In this document: one piece after another, positions 25,931 through 36,103 of the stretch
Layout: every line of letters begins with the position of its first letter
How positions within the stretch are numbered: position 1 is the stretch's first letter
Assembly (NCBI GenBank): GCA_046595615.1
Contig: JBKJOO010000041.1
Coordinates: forward strand, 1 to 61,044
DNA from: Mycobacteriales bacterium
GTDB lineage: Bacteria; Actinomycetota; Actinomycetes; Mycobacteriales; SCTD01
Direction of reading: 5' to 3'
DNA length: 61,044 nt
Program-made: the position numbers and the translations under genes
Notes under the pieces: generated by a model
What the model was told of the DNA's origin: nothing
The model's database searches: none
The model's input: the letters and a program-made list of their open reading frames with translations, nothing else

Positions 25931-28900
25931 ATGACGACCATCCAGACCGGCCTGTTCTCTGGCGACGAGCTCGACCAGATCCTCGACCAGAGCGTGGACC
26001 CCACGTCGGCCCAGTGGCACCTGTCCGCGATGCAGGTGGTCAACTGGGGCGGGTTCGAAGGGTGCAACGACCTGCCGTTCCACCCGAACGCAACGCTGGT
26101 CTCCGGCGGATCCGGGACCGGCAAGTCGACGCTGCTCGACGCGTACACCGCCCTGATGATGCCGTCGTCGGTCGCCTTCAACGGGGCGTCGAACACCTCC
26201 GGGACCGGACGCGCCCGCAGCGAAGCAGGAGGGCAGCGCACCCTGCTGACGTACCTGCGAGGCAAGCAGGGAGTCAACGACGAGTCGGGCGGCGCGACCA
26301 GCGACCACCTGCTGCGCGGCAAGGGCGTCCCGACGTGGGGCGCGATCGGGGCGACGTTCACCGACACCACCGGCCGCGTCTTCAGCGCGATGCGCGTCTA
26401 CTTCGTGCCCGTCTCAGCGACCGACGCCGGCGGCGTGACCGAGCGAATGGTGACCCGGTCCGGGCCAGCCGACCTGGCCGACCTGGACCGACTCATGTCG
26501 TCGTTCACCGCCGGGAAGCGCCTGGCCGACGTCATCAGCGGCACTTGGCCGGGCGCGAAGATCACCGGCACGTACACCGAGTTCGCCAACACCCTGTTCA
26601 CCCAGCTGGGGATCGGCGCGAACGGCGACGGCGCGAAGGCGCTCGACCTGCTCGCCCGCATCCAGGCCGGCCGGTCGGTCAACAGCGTCAACGCGCTGTT
26701 CCGCGACCTGGTCCTGGACGAGCCGACCACGTTCAAGTTCGCCGACCGGGCCCTGGCGCACTTCGACGTGATCGCCGACGACCTCGCCCGGATGGAGGAA
26801 GCTGAACGCAAGCACACCACCCTCAGCCCGATCCGCAACGTGCACGAGCAGCTCGTCACCGCCCGCGCCCGGGTCGCCGAGCTCGACCAGTACGGGCTGT
26901 CGTCCCGCGGGTTCTCCAAGATGACGGCCTGGTCGATACGCCGCGAGAGCGACCTGCTCGACGCGGCCGTCGACCTGACCCAGGCGCGCCGGGCCACCGC
27001 CTCAGAGAAGGCCGCGGCCTCCGCCGCCCTGGTAGGGAAGCTGCGCGGCGAGCTGCGCGCGGCGCAAGCTGACTACCGCAAGAGCGGAGGCGACGAGCTC
27101 GCCGGCCTCGAGGGGCGGATCGAGGTGCTCGAAGGTGAACTGGCCGAGGCGACCGCGAGCCGGGACCAGCTCGACACGCTCGCCGACCAGGTCTCGATGC
27201 CGCTGAACAGCCGAGGCGACTTCGACGCGCTCCAGGAGGCCGCCGACCGGTTCATCACCGGGCGCCCCGAGTGGATGCGCCAGCAGGAGGACCGCCGTGA
27301 CGGGCTGCGTGACCGGCTCGTGCCGCTGCGGCGGCGCGAGAAGGAGATCGTCGCCGACCTGCTCCAGCTCGAGCAGTCCGGTACCCGCATCAAGGCCACC
27401 CTCGGCCAGCTGCGCACCCAGATCGCGCAGGCGATCGGAATGGACCCGGGCGACCTGCCTTACCTGGCCGAGCTGATCGACCTGCGCCCGGGCCAGGAGC
27501 GGTGGCGCACCGCGGTCGAGACCGTCCTCGGCGGCGACGCGTCCCGCCTGGTCATCCCGCGAGCCCGCCGGCGTGAGATCGCCCGGATCCTCGACCAGCT
27601 GCACGTCAGCCGCCAGGTGCGTCTCATCGACGCCGACCCGGACCTGCCGCTGCGGGCCTCCCTCGACGGTGACGACACGCCCGAGCACCAGGGACGCATC
27701 CTCGGCAAGCTCCAGTTCGTCGACCACCCCTACACGGGGTGGGTGCAGCGCCACCTCGCCGGGCCCGGACTGAACGCGTGGTGCGTCGAGCGCCCCGACG
27801 ACCTCGACGCCGACAGCAACGGGGCCGGAGGTGCCGGCGGCCTGCGCGTGACGGCGGCCGGGCAGACGCGCAACGGGGTCAGGTCGTCCATCGGCCGGTC
27901 GTCGCGCGACGACATCATCGGGTTCAGCAACGCCGGCGACGTGGCCCGGCTCACCGACGAGCTGACCGCGACCCGGGGCGAGCTCGCCGCCGTCCTGCAC
28001 CAGATGACGCAGGTGGGGGAGGAGACCTCAGAGCGGGCGCTCCAGCACGACGCGCACCATTCCATCCAGCGGTTCCGCTGGGTCGACGTCGACGTCGCCG
28101 CAGCGCAGACAGCCGTCGAGGACGCCCGCCAGCGCCAGTCCGACATCCTCGGCTCCAACGACGTCGTGCGCCAGCTCGGTGAGCTCGTCGAGCTCCTCGA
28201 ACAGCAGGTCAACGACGCCCTCGAGGCCAAGGTGAAGGACGAGGCAGCCCAGACGACGCTGGACAAGCTGTGGGACTCGCTCACCGTTAGCAAGGACGCC
28301 CTCAGCAACCAGCTCGCCCCGCACGAGTTCGACGACGCGTACGCCCTGAGCCCGACGCAGCAGCAGGACCTGGACGAGGCGTACGCCGACGCCGTCGCCG
28401 GGGCCGACGGCGAGGACGCCGTCCTGGAGGCGTCACGGTTTGGTGAGCGGACCGGGGTCATGCATCGCCTGCTCGCGGACAAGCTCAAGGCCGCGACGAA
28501 CGTCGTCGTCGAGCGCGAGAACGACCTGACGCGCACGTTCCGCCAGTACCAGCGCGACTGGCCGGACGCGAACCGTGGGGTGGCCCTCGAGTCGTACCTC
28601 GACTACAAGGCCATCCTGGACGACCTGGACGCCACAGGCCTGCACCTCGCCCGCGAGAACTGGCAGCGCACCGTGACGCAGTGGTCGGCCCAGGACCTCA
28701 TGGACCTCAAGGGCGCCCTGTCGGGTGACGTCGACATCATCAAGTCCCGGGTCGCCCCGATCAACGACATCCTGGCCACCCTGCCGTTCGGCGCCCGGCA
28801 GGGCCGGCTGCGGCTCAAGGTCGACACGCTCTCGTCCGAGACGGTCCGCCAGTTCCGGCGGCGGCTCATTGACGTCACGTCGTGGGCAGACAAGGTCGTG

Positions 28901-29551
28901 ACCTTCGACGACACCAAGCGGGCGTTCGAGAACCTCGCCGGGTTCATGGACCAGCTGCGGGCCCCGGGCGACCGGCTGTTCAACCCGGACCGGTCCAACC
29001 GACAGCCCCTGCTCGATGTGCGCCGTCACGTCGAGGTGTACGCCGTCGAGTACCCAGTCGGGTCGGACACGTGGCCGGCGACCGAGCACCGACAGATCGG
29101 GTCGGCCTCCGGTGGGGAGTCCCAGGAGCTCATCGCGTTCATCCTCGGCTCAGCGCTGCGGTTCCGCCTCGGGGACGAGCTGCGGGACCGGCCGCGCTTC
29201 TCGCCGGTCTTCCTCGACGAGGGTTTCGTCAAGGCCGACAGCCAGTTCGCCGGGCGCGCCGTTTCGGCGTGGCGCGGCCTGGGGTTCCAGATCATCGTGG
29301 GCTCACCCGAAGACAAGTTCACCGGGCTCGAGCGCTACATGGACGAGTTCATCGTCATCACCAAGGACCCGAGCACCGGCTTCTCGCAGATCGACCGGAT
29401 GACCGACGCCGCCCTCCACGACGCCAGGGGTTCGCAAGCTGGTGAGGACGCCGGTGAAGACGCCGCTGAGGACGCCGTCACGGGTTCGGCCGTGCCCGCT
29501 GGCGCGTCGGGCCCCACCGGGCTCGGCCATGACGGAGAGCTGCACGGGTGA
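25931..29551 (+). CDS. jetC: Wadjet JetC (MksB-like SMC ATPase)
   Basis: AGGAGG before the ATG. Walker A GGSGTGKST. Long coiled-coil middle. C-terminal SGGESQ signature and FLDEGF Walker B. Confidence 0.85.
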   Translation: MTTIQTGLFSGDELDQILDQSVDPTSAQWHLSAMQVVNWGGFEGCNDLPFHPNATLVSGGSGTGKSTLLDAYTALMMPSSVAFNGASNTSGTGRARSEAGGQRTLLTYLRGKQGVNDESGGATSDHLLRGKGVPTWGAIGATFTDTTGRVFSAMRVYFVPVSATDAGGVTERMVTRSGPADLADLDRLMSSFTAGKRLADVISGTWPGAKITGTYTEFANTLFTQLGIGANGDGAKALDLLARIQAGRSVNSVNALFRDLVLDEPTTFKFADRALAHFDVIADDLARMEEAERKHTTLSPIRNVHEQLVTARARVAELDQYGLSSRGFSKMTAWSIRRESDLLDAAVDLTQARRATASEKAAASAALVGKLRGELRAAQADYRKSGGDELAGLEGRIEVLEGELAEATASRDQLDTLADQVSMPLNSRGDFDALQEAADRFITGRPEWMRQQEDRRDGLRDRLVPLRRREKEIVADLLQLEQSGTRIKATLGQLRTQIAQAIGMDPGDLPYLAELIDLRPGQERWRTAVETVLGGDASRLVIPRARRREIARILDQLHVSRQVRLIDADPDLPLRASLDGDDTPEHQGRILGKLQFVDHPYTGWVQRHLAGPGLNAWCVERPDDLDADSNGAGGAGGLRVTAAGQTRNGVRSSIGRSSRDDIIGFSNAGDVARLTDELTATRGELAAVLHQMTQVGEETSERALQHDAHHSIQRFRWVDVDVAAAQTAVEDARQRQSDILGSNDVVRQLGELVELLEQQVNDALEAKVKDEAAQTTLDKLWDSLTVSKDALSNQLAPHEFDDAYALSPTQQQDLDEAYADAVAGADGEDAVLEASRFGERTGVMHRLLADKLKAATNVVVERENDLTRTFRQYQRDWPDANRGVALESYLDYKAILDDLDATGLHLARENWQRTVTQWSAQDLMDLKGALSGDVDIIKSRVAPINDILATLPFGARQGRLRLKVDTLSSETVRQFRRRLIDVTSWADKVVTFDDTKRAFENLAGFMDQLRAPGDRLFNPDRSNRQPLLDVRRHVEVYAVEYPVGSDTWPATEHRQIGSASGGESQELIAFILGSALRFRLGDELRDRPRFSPVFLDEGFVKADSQFAGRAVSAWRGLGFQIIVGSPEDKFTGLERYMDEFIVITKDPSTGFSQIDRMTDAALHDARGSQAGEDAGEDAAEDAVTGSAVPAGASGPTGLGHDGELHG

Positions 29552-30903
29552 AGGCTCCCAGCGACCTGATCACCCGGTTGCGGCGCCACCTCGACACCGG
29601 GTGGGCCGTGATGGTCGCGGCCGAGTTCCCGCTGGCGGACGAGAGCCGGAGCCGCATGTCGGTCCTGGACACGGCTCCGAACGACCCGAGCGAAGACCCG
29701 AGCGAAGACCGCGGAGAGGACGGGCGGGACGAAGAGGGCGCCCCTGACGCCGGAACAGCCGGGGTAGCCGCGCTAGACGGGGTAGCCGGGGTAGCCGGGG
29801 CAGGCGCTGACGCCCGCTGGCCGTACCCGTTCGTGATCGGCGCCGTCCCCTCATCACTCCTCGCGACCCAGTTCGCGGTGCACCTGCAGGCAGCCCTCGA
29901 CTGGCGAGACTGGTCCGCGGCCCAGGGCGTGCAGCTCGAGTGGAAGGTCCGCCTGGTCTCCGGGACCAGGCAGCGGATGCCGGTGAAGGCCCTCGTCCCG
30001 AACATCGACGTTGCCGCCGGCATCGCCGGTGCCGGCTGGCCCGACCGTCTCGCCCAGGCCCGCGCCCGCGCCCGCGAGGTCCGCGCTCTCTTCCCGGACG
30101 TCACCGACCTGCGGCGGGTCCTGGTCGCCGTCGGCCCCCTGAGCGACGTCGACTTCGACATCGCCTGCCGGGTCGCGACCTGGTTCGTCGCCCACCGCGA
30201 CCCCGCCGCCCGCGACACCCTCGGCGCGCCCACGATGACGGCCCGGCAGGTCCCGGTCGAGGGGGTCCACGCGAAGTGGCTGAACGCCCACCACCGGCTG
30301 GTGCGCGACCTGTGCGGTCTCGACGACCTCGCCCTCGCCCCGCCGCACCCGGCACGCGTTCACTTCACCTACCTTGACCCGGCCCACCGCGCCGCCGGTG
30401 GGCGCTGGCACGACTCGCACAGCGTCGGCGACCACGACGTCGTCGCGTACCCGCCGCGGGTCGTGCTCATCTCCGAGAACAAGGACACCGCGGTCGGCTT
30501 CCCCCCGGTGCCCGCAGGTATCGCCGTCGAAGGCGAAGGGCGAGGCGCGACCACGATGGCGTCGGTGCCGTGGGTGCACACCGCATCGACGGTCATCTAC
30601 TGGGGAGACATGGACCGGGCCGGGCTCGAGATCCTCAACGAGTTCCGCGGCGCCGGGATCCGGGTGACGTCCATGCTCATGGACGTGCCCACCTACCGGC
30701 GGTACGCCCGGTTCGGAACCAACCTGGACACGCGCGGCCGGCCCCTCGAGATCGGAACCGCCCGACCCACCCCCCACCTGACCGTCGCCGAGAGGGAGCT
30801 GTACGAGCTGCTCACCAGCGGCACCGCACCCGTCCTGCGGGTCGAGCAGGAACGCATCCCGCTGGCCGCCGCCGTGCGCGAGCTGACCGCCGTCCTGAGC
30901 TGA
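29548..30903 (+). CDS. jetD: Wadjet JetD (MksG-like; DUF3322 + Toprim/DUF2220 nuclease)
   Basis: GTGA overlap with jetC. Toprim-like SENKD and YWGDMDRAG motifs. Confidence 0.85.
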   Translation: MKAPSDLITRLRRHLDTGWAVMVAAEFPLADESRSRMSVLDTAPNDPSEDPSEDRGEDGRDEEGAPDAGTAGVAALDGVAGVAGAGADARWPYPFVIGAVPSSLLATQFAVHLQAALDWRDWSAAQGVQLEWKVRLVSGTRQRMPVKALVPNIDVAAGIAGAGWPDRLAQARARAREVRALFPDVTDLRRVLVAVGPLSDVDFDIACRVATWFVAHRDPAARDTLGAPTMTARQVPVEGVHAKWLNAHHRLVRDLCGLDDLALAPPHPARVHFTYLDPAHRAAGGRWHDSHSVGDHDVVAYPPRVVLISENKDTAVGFPPVPAGIAVEGEGRGATTMASVPWVHTASTVIYWGDMDRAGLEILNEFRGAGIRVTSMLMDVPTYRRYARFGTNLDTRGRPLEIGTARPTPHLTVAERELYELLTSGTAPVLRVEQERIPLAAAVRELTAVLS

Positions 30904-31097
30904 CCGGCACCCGACGACAGGCGATCGGCTCGTGCCTGAGCGTGTCGACCGCGCACGCCGAGGTCCAGACCCAGGCGAGGCCACGCACTGGCCGACCACC
31001 CGCAGGCCGGCATCACGATCGAGCTGCACCGCAACGGCGCCCCACCGGGCGCGGGCCTTCCCAAGAGAGCCGGGCCTCACGGTCCCCAGTCGGCGGC

Positions 31098-34000
31098 TCA
31101 GGCGGAAGCCATCACCGTTGGGGAGCTTCCGCGGCCGGCGTCACGGGCCGCGGCGGGCGGCAGCTCGAGGTGGCGGTGCTCGACCCCGTCGAGGTGGGTG
31201 CGGGCCCAGTCGGTCACGACCGGGTCCTGGGCGAACAGGACGACCTGCCGGGTGGCGGCCACGTCGCGCAGCAGCTCGAGGATGGCGACCGTCCTGTCCT
31301 CGTCGGCCTGGACGGTGACGTCGTCGAGCAGCAGCGGGATGCTCTCGTTCGACGAACCCAGGTGCTGCGCCAACGCGATCCGCAGCAGGAGGTACACCTG
31401 CTCGGCCGTCCCGACCGACAGCAGCCGGGCGTCGCGGCGGCGCCCACCGGGACCGAGGACGGTCACGGCGAGCGTGGCCGGGTCGACCGTCGCCTCATCG
31501 TATCGGCCGGCGGTGATCCGCGGCAGCCACTGCGTGAGCGTCGCGGCCAGCACAGGCGCGATGTCGCGGTGCACGTTCTCCTGTGCCGAGGTGAGGAACG
31601 CGGTGGTCATCGACAGCGTGTCCGCCAGCGCCTCCACCCGGGCCAGCTCGGCCTCCGCGGCCGCGACTGCCTCCTCGGCCTCCGGGACCGACGCGATGCT
31701 CGCCGCGCGCTCCGCGTGCCCGCCGGCCGCGGACGCGGCCACGTCCGCCGCGGAACGCAGCTGCGCGGACACGAGCTCGCAGGCGGACTGCACAGCGCCC
31801 AGCACCGGGCTGACCTGCGCCGGTGCCCACGTCGCCGGCGGCTGCTCGTGCAGCAGCGCCCACTCGGCGGTCGTGGTCACGTCCGGGTGCCCGCCCACGG
31901 TCTCGAGCGCGGCGAGCACCAGGTCCGTCGCTGCGCCTTCGGCCTGAGCCGCCTGGGAGGCCTTGGCGCAGGCGGTGTCGTATCGGCCGTGCATGGCGAG
32001 CGTGTCCGCGCGGGCCTGCTCGACGCTGCGCCCGTGCAGAAGGGCGGCCAGGGAGGCCCGGCGCCGGTCGCGGGACGCGTCAGCGGCCTCGCGCTCACGG
32101 GCTCCGGACTGCCAGATGTGCAGCTCGCGGGCGAGCTCGTGCCCGAGCTCTTCCGGACCGGGTCCGGTCCCGTCGCCGCGGATGGCACGCACGGCGGTGT
32201 CGATGCCGCTGCGCGCGGTGGCGCGTCGCTGTGCAGCGGCCTCGGTGGTCGCGGCCTGACCCTCCAGGGTCGCGATCTGGGCCGAAAGGGTCTCGCGGCG
32301 CGCGTCGAGACGGGACACCTCGGCGCGCTCGGCGCACACCTGCGCGTAGGCGCCGGCGGCACGCAGCACGCTCTGCGCGTCGTCGGCCACTGCGGTGAGT
32401 GCTGACCTCGAGGTCACGGCCGTCGCGGTACCCGCCCACCCGCGCGAGGACAGGGCCTGGGTGAGCGCGAGCGTCGAGCGGCGGACGCGGTCGGTGGCCC
32501 GGGACGTGTCGTGCTGCCAGGTCGCGTCCAGGGTGCGCCAGGCGACGACCCGGTCGGCGGCGGCGGCCAGGTCGGCCAGCTCGGCCGCGTCCGCTGGCAG
32601 ACCCAAGCGGGCGCACTCGTCGAGGTGGAGACGGCGGGCGCTGTCGGCGCGGGAGAACTGCTCGCTCGCGGCCGCGTGACGCCCGCGCATCTCAGCCAGG
32701 TCGAGCGCGGCCCGCGACGACTGGGCCCGGGCCGCCGCCGCAGCGGCGGCCGCGACCTGCACGGCGTGCACCGCCTGAGGGTCAGGAGCGGGCGAGGATG
32801 CCTCGGGAGCTCCGCGCCCGTCGGCGAGAGGCTGCGGGAGGCGGTGGCCCGGGCGCCGCATCGTCTGTGCGGCGACGAAGGCGCCGGCGCCGGCCAGCGC
32901 GAGCGCGGCGGTCACAGGCACGGAACGTGTCAGGACGTACGTCAACGCCGCGGCGGCCAGGAGTGCCACGGCAGTCCACGTCAGGGCCATCGACCGACCC
33001 TGGCCACCCGGCGCGGGCGACGATGTTGACGTGCGCGAGGTCACGGAGGGACCGGAGGTCACGGAGGGACCGGTCGGGGTGGTGGGGGGCTGCGCGGCCC
33101 ACGCCGGGGCCGGGTTGGCCAGGACGGCGCGCGCGGCTGCCTCTGCGCTCTCGGCGTCGGCCGCGTGGCGGTGCAGGTCGGCCGCGTGACTCTCAGCGCG
33201 TACCAGGTCCTCGTCGGTCGGACCGGACCATCGGGGCGCCGGCTCGCCCACGGCCGCCGCCAACGTGCGCAGGGCCGGTCCGGCCTGGAGCGCGGCCCCG
33301 ACCTGCGCGCGCACATGCCCGTCCGGGCTCACGTCCGCCGGAGACTTCGGTTGGGTGTCAGCGAGGTCGTCCAAGGAGGTGAGGGCAACCCTCAGCGTGC
33401 GTTCGGCGTCGGCGACGTCGCGGTGCACCTGAAGGTCGCTCGTACAGGCCGCCGGGTCCTCGGCACCCGCGAGGGCCGAGGAGGTAGGCCGGTGCTGGTC
33501 GAGGTCGTCGAGGTCGGCTCGCAGCCCAGCGAGTGTGCCCGCCAGATGGGCGCCGTCCCCGGAGCCGGCTCGAGGATCAGCGTCCGGCGACGTTCCCACC
33601 TCGAGCGTCTCCCACGCCGCCAGAGCGGCGGCGACGGTGTCGCGCAGGTCGGGAGGACCGTCCGGACCGGAAAGGTCCTGGGCCCCGTCCCGTCCGGCGA
33701 GCTCACCGGGGCGGTCTTCGCCGAGTTCCCCGAACTCGGCGCTGAGGGCGTCGATCTGCTCCTGGGCCTGGCCGGCGTCGACCACCCGGTCGGTGGCCTG
33801 CTGCAGGGCTGCCGCAGCGGTCGCCGTGTCCTTGGCTGCCTGTTCCCGGGCCCGGACGGCACCGGCGAGGGCCTGCAGCGCACGGGCGGACTCAGTCAGC
33901 TCAGCGACGCGCGAGCTCAGCGCGTCGGCCTGCGCGGACGAGTGCTCGGCGGACTCGACCAGCGACAGGTACGCCTCGTGCTGCTGGCGTGCCTCACCCA

Positions 34001-34652
34001 GGTGCGCCCTCGCGCCGGCTAGGGCAGTCTTCGCCGCTCGTAGCGGCTTCGTGCTGTTCGACCGGTCCTGGCCGACGTGGTCGCGGAAGAACGTCTCGAG
34101 GTGCTCGAGCGCGGACGCGGCCGTCGCGTCGGACGCTCCCGCGGACGCCGCCGCACGCTGCAGGTGCTCCTGCAGGTCGCCCGCTGCGGACAGGACCGAC
34201 AGCAGCTCGGCCTGGGTCACGACTGCGGTCGCGGCGTACGAGTCGCGGTCCAGCCCGAGGAGGCGGGCCCCGTCCGGGGCGCCTTCGTGCATGATCGTCG
34301 CGCTGATGTCGCGGCCGAGGGCCAGGTCGGTCGCCCGGCAGTCGACCTTGCCCTCGAGGTCGTGAGCGAGCTCGATCCGTTGGCCGTCGTCGAGCTGGAC
34401 GACCGCGGAGACCCGCCACTGCACCGGGTCGGGTCCGTCCCACGGGCGGTGCTTGTCCACGAACGCCCGCTCCTGCTTGCGCGGCTGCCCCTTGCCGCGA
34501 CGCCGGCCGCAGATCGCGGCGTACACCGCGGCGTGCCAGCTCGACTTCGCGGCCTCGTTCGGGCCGGTGATGACCGTCAGGCCGGGACCGAGCTCGAGAC
34601 GCTGCTCCCGCAACGGGCCGAACGCGTGAGCGATGACGTACTCAATCCTCAT
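31098..34652 (-). CDS. SbcC/Rad50-like AAA ATPase with central membrane hairpin (YhaN-like), 1184 aa
   Basis: Walker A GPNEAAKSS. Long Ala-rich coiled coils. Two hydrophobic helices mid-protein (ALTWTAVALLAAAALTYVL, VTAALALAGAGAFVAAQ). Signature LSVGTAEQ, Walker B LLLDDV. Confidence 0.75.
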   Translation of the reverse strand: MRIEYVIAHAFGPLREQRLELGPGLTVITGPNEAAKSSWHAAVYAAICGRRRGKGQPRKQERAFVDKHRPWDGPDPVQWRVSAVVQLDDGQRIELAHDLEGKVDCRATDLALGRDISATIMHEGAPDGARLLGLDRDSYAATAVVTQAELLSVLSAAGDLQEHLQRAAASAGASDATAASALEHLETFFRDHVGQDRSNSTKPLRAAKTALAGARAHLGEARQQHEAYLSLVESAEHSSAQADALSSRVAELTESARALQALAGAVRAREQAAKDTATAAAALQQATDRVVDAGQAQEQIDALSAEFGELGEDRPGELAGRDGAQDLSGPDGPPDLRDTVAAALAAWETLEVGTSPDADPRAGSGDGAHLAGTLAGLRADLDDLDQHRPTSSALAGAEDPAACTSDLQVHRDVADAERTLRVALTSLDDLADTQPKSPADVSPDGHVRAQVGAALQAGPALRTLAAAVGEPAPRWSGPTDEDLVRAESHAADLHRHAADAESAEAAARAVLANPAPAWAAQPPTTPTGPSVTSGPSVTSRTSTSSPAPGGQGRSMALTWTAVALLAAAALTYVLTRSVPVTAALALAGAGAFVAAQTMRRPGHRLPQPLADGRGAPEASSPAPDPQAVHAVQVAAAAAAAARAQSSRAALDLAEMRGRHAAASEQFSRADSARRLHLDECARLGLPADAAELADLAAAADRVVAWRTLDATWQHDTSRATDRVRRSTLALTQALSSRGWAGTATAVTSRSALTAVADDAQSVLRAAGAYAQVCAERAEVSRLDARRETLSAQIATLEGQAATTEAAAQRRATARSGIDTAVRAIRGDGTGPGPEELGHELARELHIWQSGAREREAADASRDRRRASLAALLHGRSVEQARADTLAMHGRYDTACAKASQAAQAEGAATDLVLAALETVGGHPDVTTTAEWALLHEQPPATWAPAQVSPVLGAVQSACELVSAQLRSAADVAASAAGGHAERAASIASVPEAEEAVAAAEAELARVEALADTLSMTTAFLTSAQENVHRDIAPVLAATLTQWLPRITAGRYDEATVDPATLAVTVLGPGGRRRDARLLSVGTAEQVYLLLRIALAQHLGSSNESIPLLLDDVTVQADEDRTVAILELLRDVAATRQVVLFAQDPVVTDWARTHLDGVEHRHLELPPAAARDAGRGSSPTVMASA
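33037..33072 (-). repeat. in-frame 18-bp tandem duplication (GPSVTS x2) in the SbcC-like gene
   Basis: gaggtcacggagggaccg x2 on the plus strand. Confidence 0.8.
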
Positions 34653-35755
34653 CAGCAGACCTCCAGGGAGTCGGTGCGACCGTCGAGGGCGCGTAGCCCG
34701 GTGACCAGGACCTTGCGCCGGCTGTCGTCGTCCAGCTGCGGCGCGGCGCGCACATCGCGCACGAACTGCCCGCGGACCGTCTGCTCGGCCGCGAGCCGGT
34801 CGAAGTCGTAGCCGACGTCGACGCGGCCCAGCCGCGGCATGAACGCCTCCAGGTGGGCGCCGACCCCGCGCAGGTCGCCCAGGTGGACGGACACCTCCGG
34901 GGCGACCTCGCCGTGCAGGGTGGCCCGCACGATCCCGCTCAGCCCGGCCACGGCCGCTTCGGCCCGTTCCCGGATCCCGGTCGAGGACGTGACCCCGTCA
35001 AGGTCGACGCTGACATCGGTCACCGCGGTCGTCGCGACGCTGAACCGTTCGCGGGCGACGCCGCCGTGCTCGCCGATGGTGAAGATGACCGGGCCACGCC
35101 CGGGCGACTCCCCGAACGAGAGCGGGTCCGGGTTGCCCGGGTACGTGTGCTGGTCGCTGTCGCGGGGGGTGTGGAAGTGGCCGAGCATCACGTGGTCGAG
35201 ACCGGACGCGGCAACCTGGTCGGCGGTGAACGGGGCGTGGGGCAGCTTGCCGCTCTCCTGGTGGGGCAACAGCGCCGCCTCGGAACCGTGGAACAGGCCC
35301 AGGTTGACTCCGCCGCGGTCGGGCCGGAACCCGGTCGCGAGGAAGCCGTCGGTGTTCGCCGGCCCGTGATGGGCGCCGCCCCACACGGTGACGCCGTCAG
35401 CGAGGGTGTGCGCGCTCAGGTGAGTCTCGGTGAACAGGTGCACGTTGCCCGGCCAGTGCGCGAGCGCGTACAGCGACGACGGGCCGTACCAGTCGTGGTT
35501 GCCGGGCGCGAGGAGCACGGGGACGTCGATGCGGGAGAACGCGTCGGTGAGGAAGTTCGTGGTGTCAGGGCTGAACCGGTCGTGCTCGTAGAGGTCGCCG
35601 CCGCACGCGACCGCGTCGACGTCGTGGGTGGCGGCCAGCTCGAGGATGGACGTCAGCGTGTCTCGCAGCTGCTGGCGGCGGGCGCGGGCCAGGTCCGGGC
35701 CGGCCCACTGGAACGGAGTGTCCAGGTGCAGGTCGGCGAACAGCAGGATCTTCAC
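34652..35755 (-). CDS. SbcD/Mre11-like metallophosphoesterase (YhaO-like), 367 aa
   Basis: GTG 35755 gives VKILLFADLHLD. GDLYEHD, GNHD, GHFH motifs. Stop overlaps the start of the SbcC-like gene (TGATG). The track ORF start at 36112 is rejected as an N-terminal extension lacking GC3 support. Confidence 0.75.
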   Translation of the reverse strand: MKILLFADLHLDTPFQWAGPDLARARRQQLRDTLTSILELAATHDVDAVACGGDLYEHDRFSPDTTNFLTDAFSRIDVPVLLAPGNHDWYGPSSLYALAHWPGNVHLFTETHLSAHTLADGVTVWGGAHHGPANTDGFLATGFRPDRGGVNLGLFHGSEAALLPHQESGKLPHAPFTADQVAASGLDHVMLGHFHTPRDSDQHTYPGNPDPLSFGESPGRGPVIFTIGEHGGVARERFSVATTAVTDVSVDLDGVTSSTGIRERAEAAVAGLSGIVRATLHGEVAPEVSVHLGDLRGVGAHLEAFMPRLGRVDVGYDFDRLAAEQTVRGQFVRDVRAAPQLDDDSRRKVLVTGLRALDGRTDSLEVC

Positions 35756-35951
35756 GATGCCCCCCAAAGCGGTGCGGAACGACGAGCGGTTGCCCGCGGC
35801 GACTGGTCGGGTGGATGGTCCGGGGTGCCGGGGCGGTCGCACGCACCACAGGTGGGGGTGGACGACGCGCCCGATTGTTCCATGGGGGTGTGACAACTCG
35901 GACATCACGTCCCCCGCCGCCGCCCAACGCACGCTCGAGGGCAAGGGGCCA

Positions 35952-36006
35952 CTACGGCAACAGGTGGGGGAAATGAGCGCGCATTCTGGCCGCGAAGCGC
36001 TTAGCG
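35952..36006 (-). repeat. 33-bp core repeat, copy D + GCGCTTAGCG flank, ~190 bp upstream of the SbcD-like gene
   Basis: Plus strand ctacggcaacaggtgggggaaatgagcgcgcat...gcgcttagcg. An adjacent 11-bp hairpin gcggcctagct/agctaggccgc lies at 36004-36030. Confidence 0.85.
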
Positions 36007-36103
36007 GCCTAGCTAGGACAGCTAGGCCGCGTAACCCACCCACACATACGTCAGGAGAGCCGGAAAACAGCGTCAGTGGATACGGGCTCAGAGTGGCTCG
36101 CTC

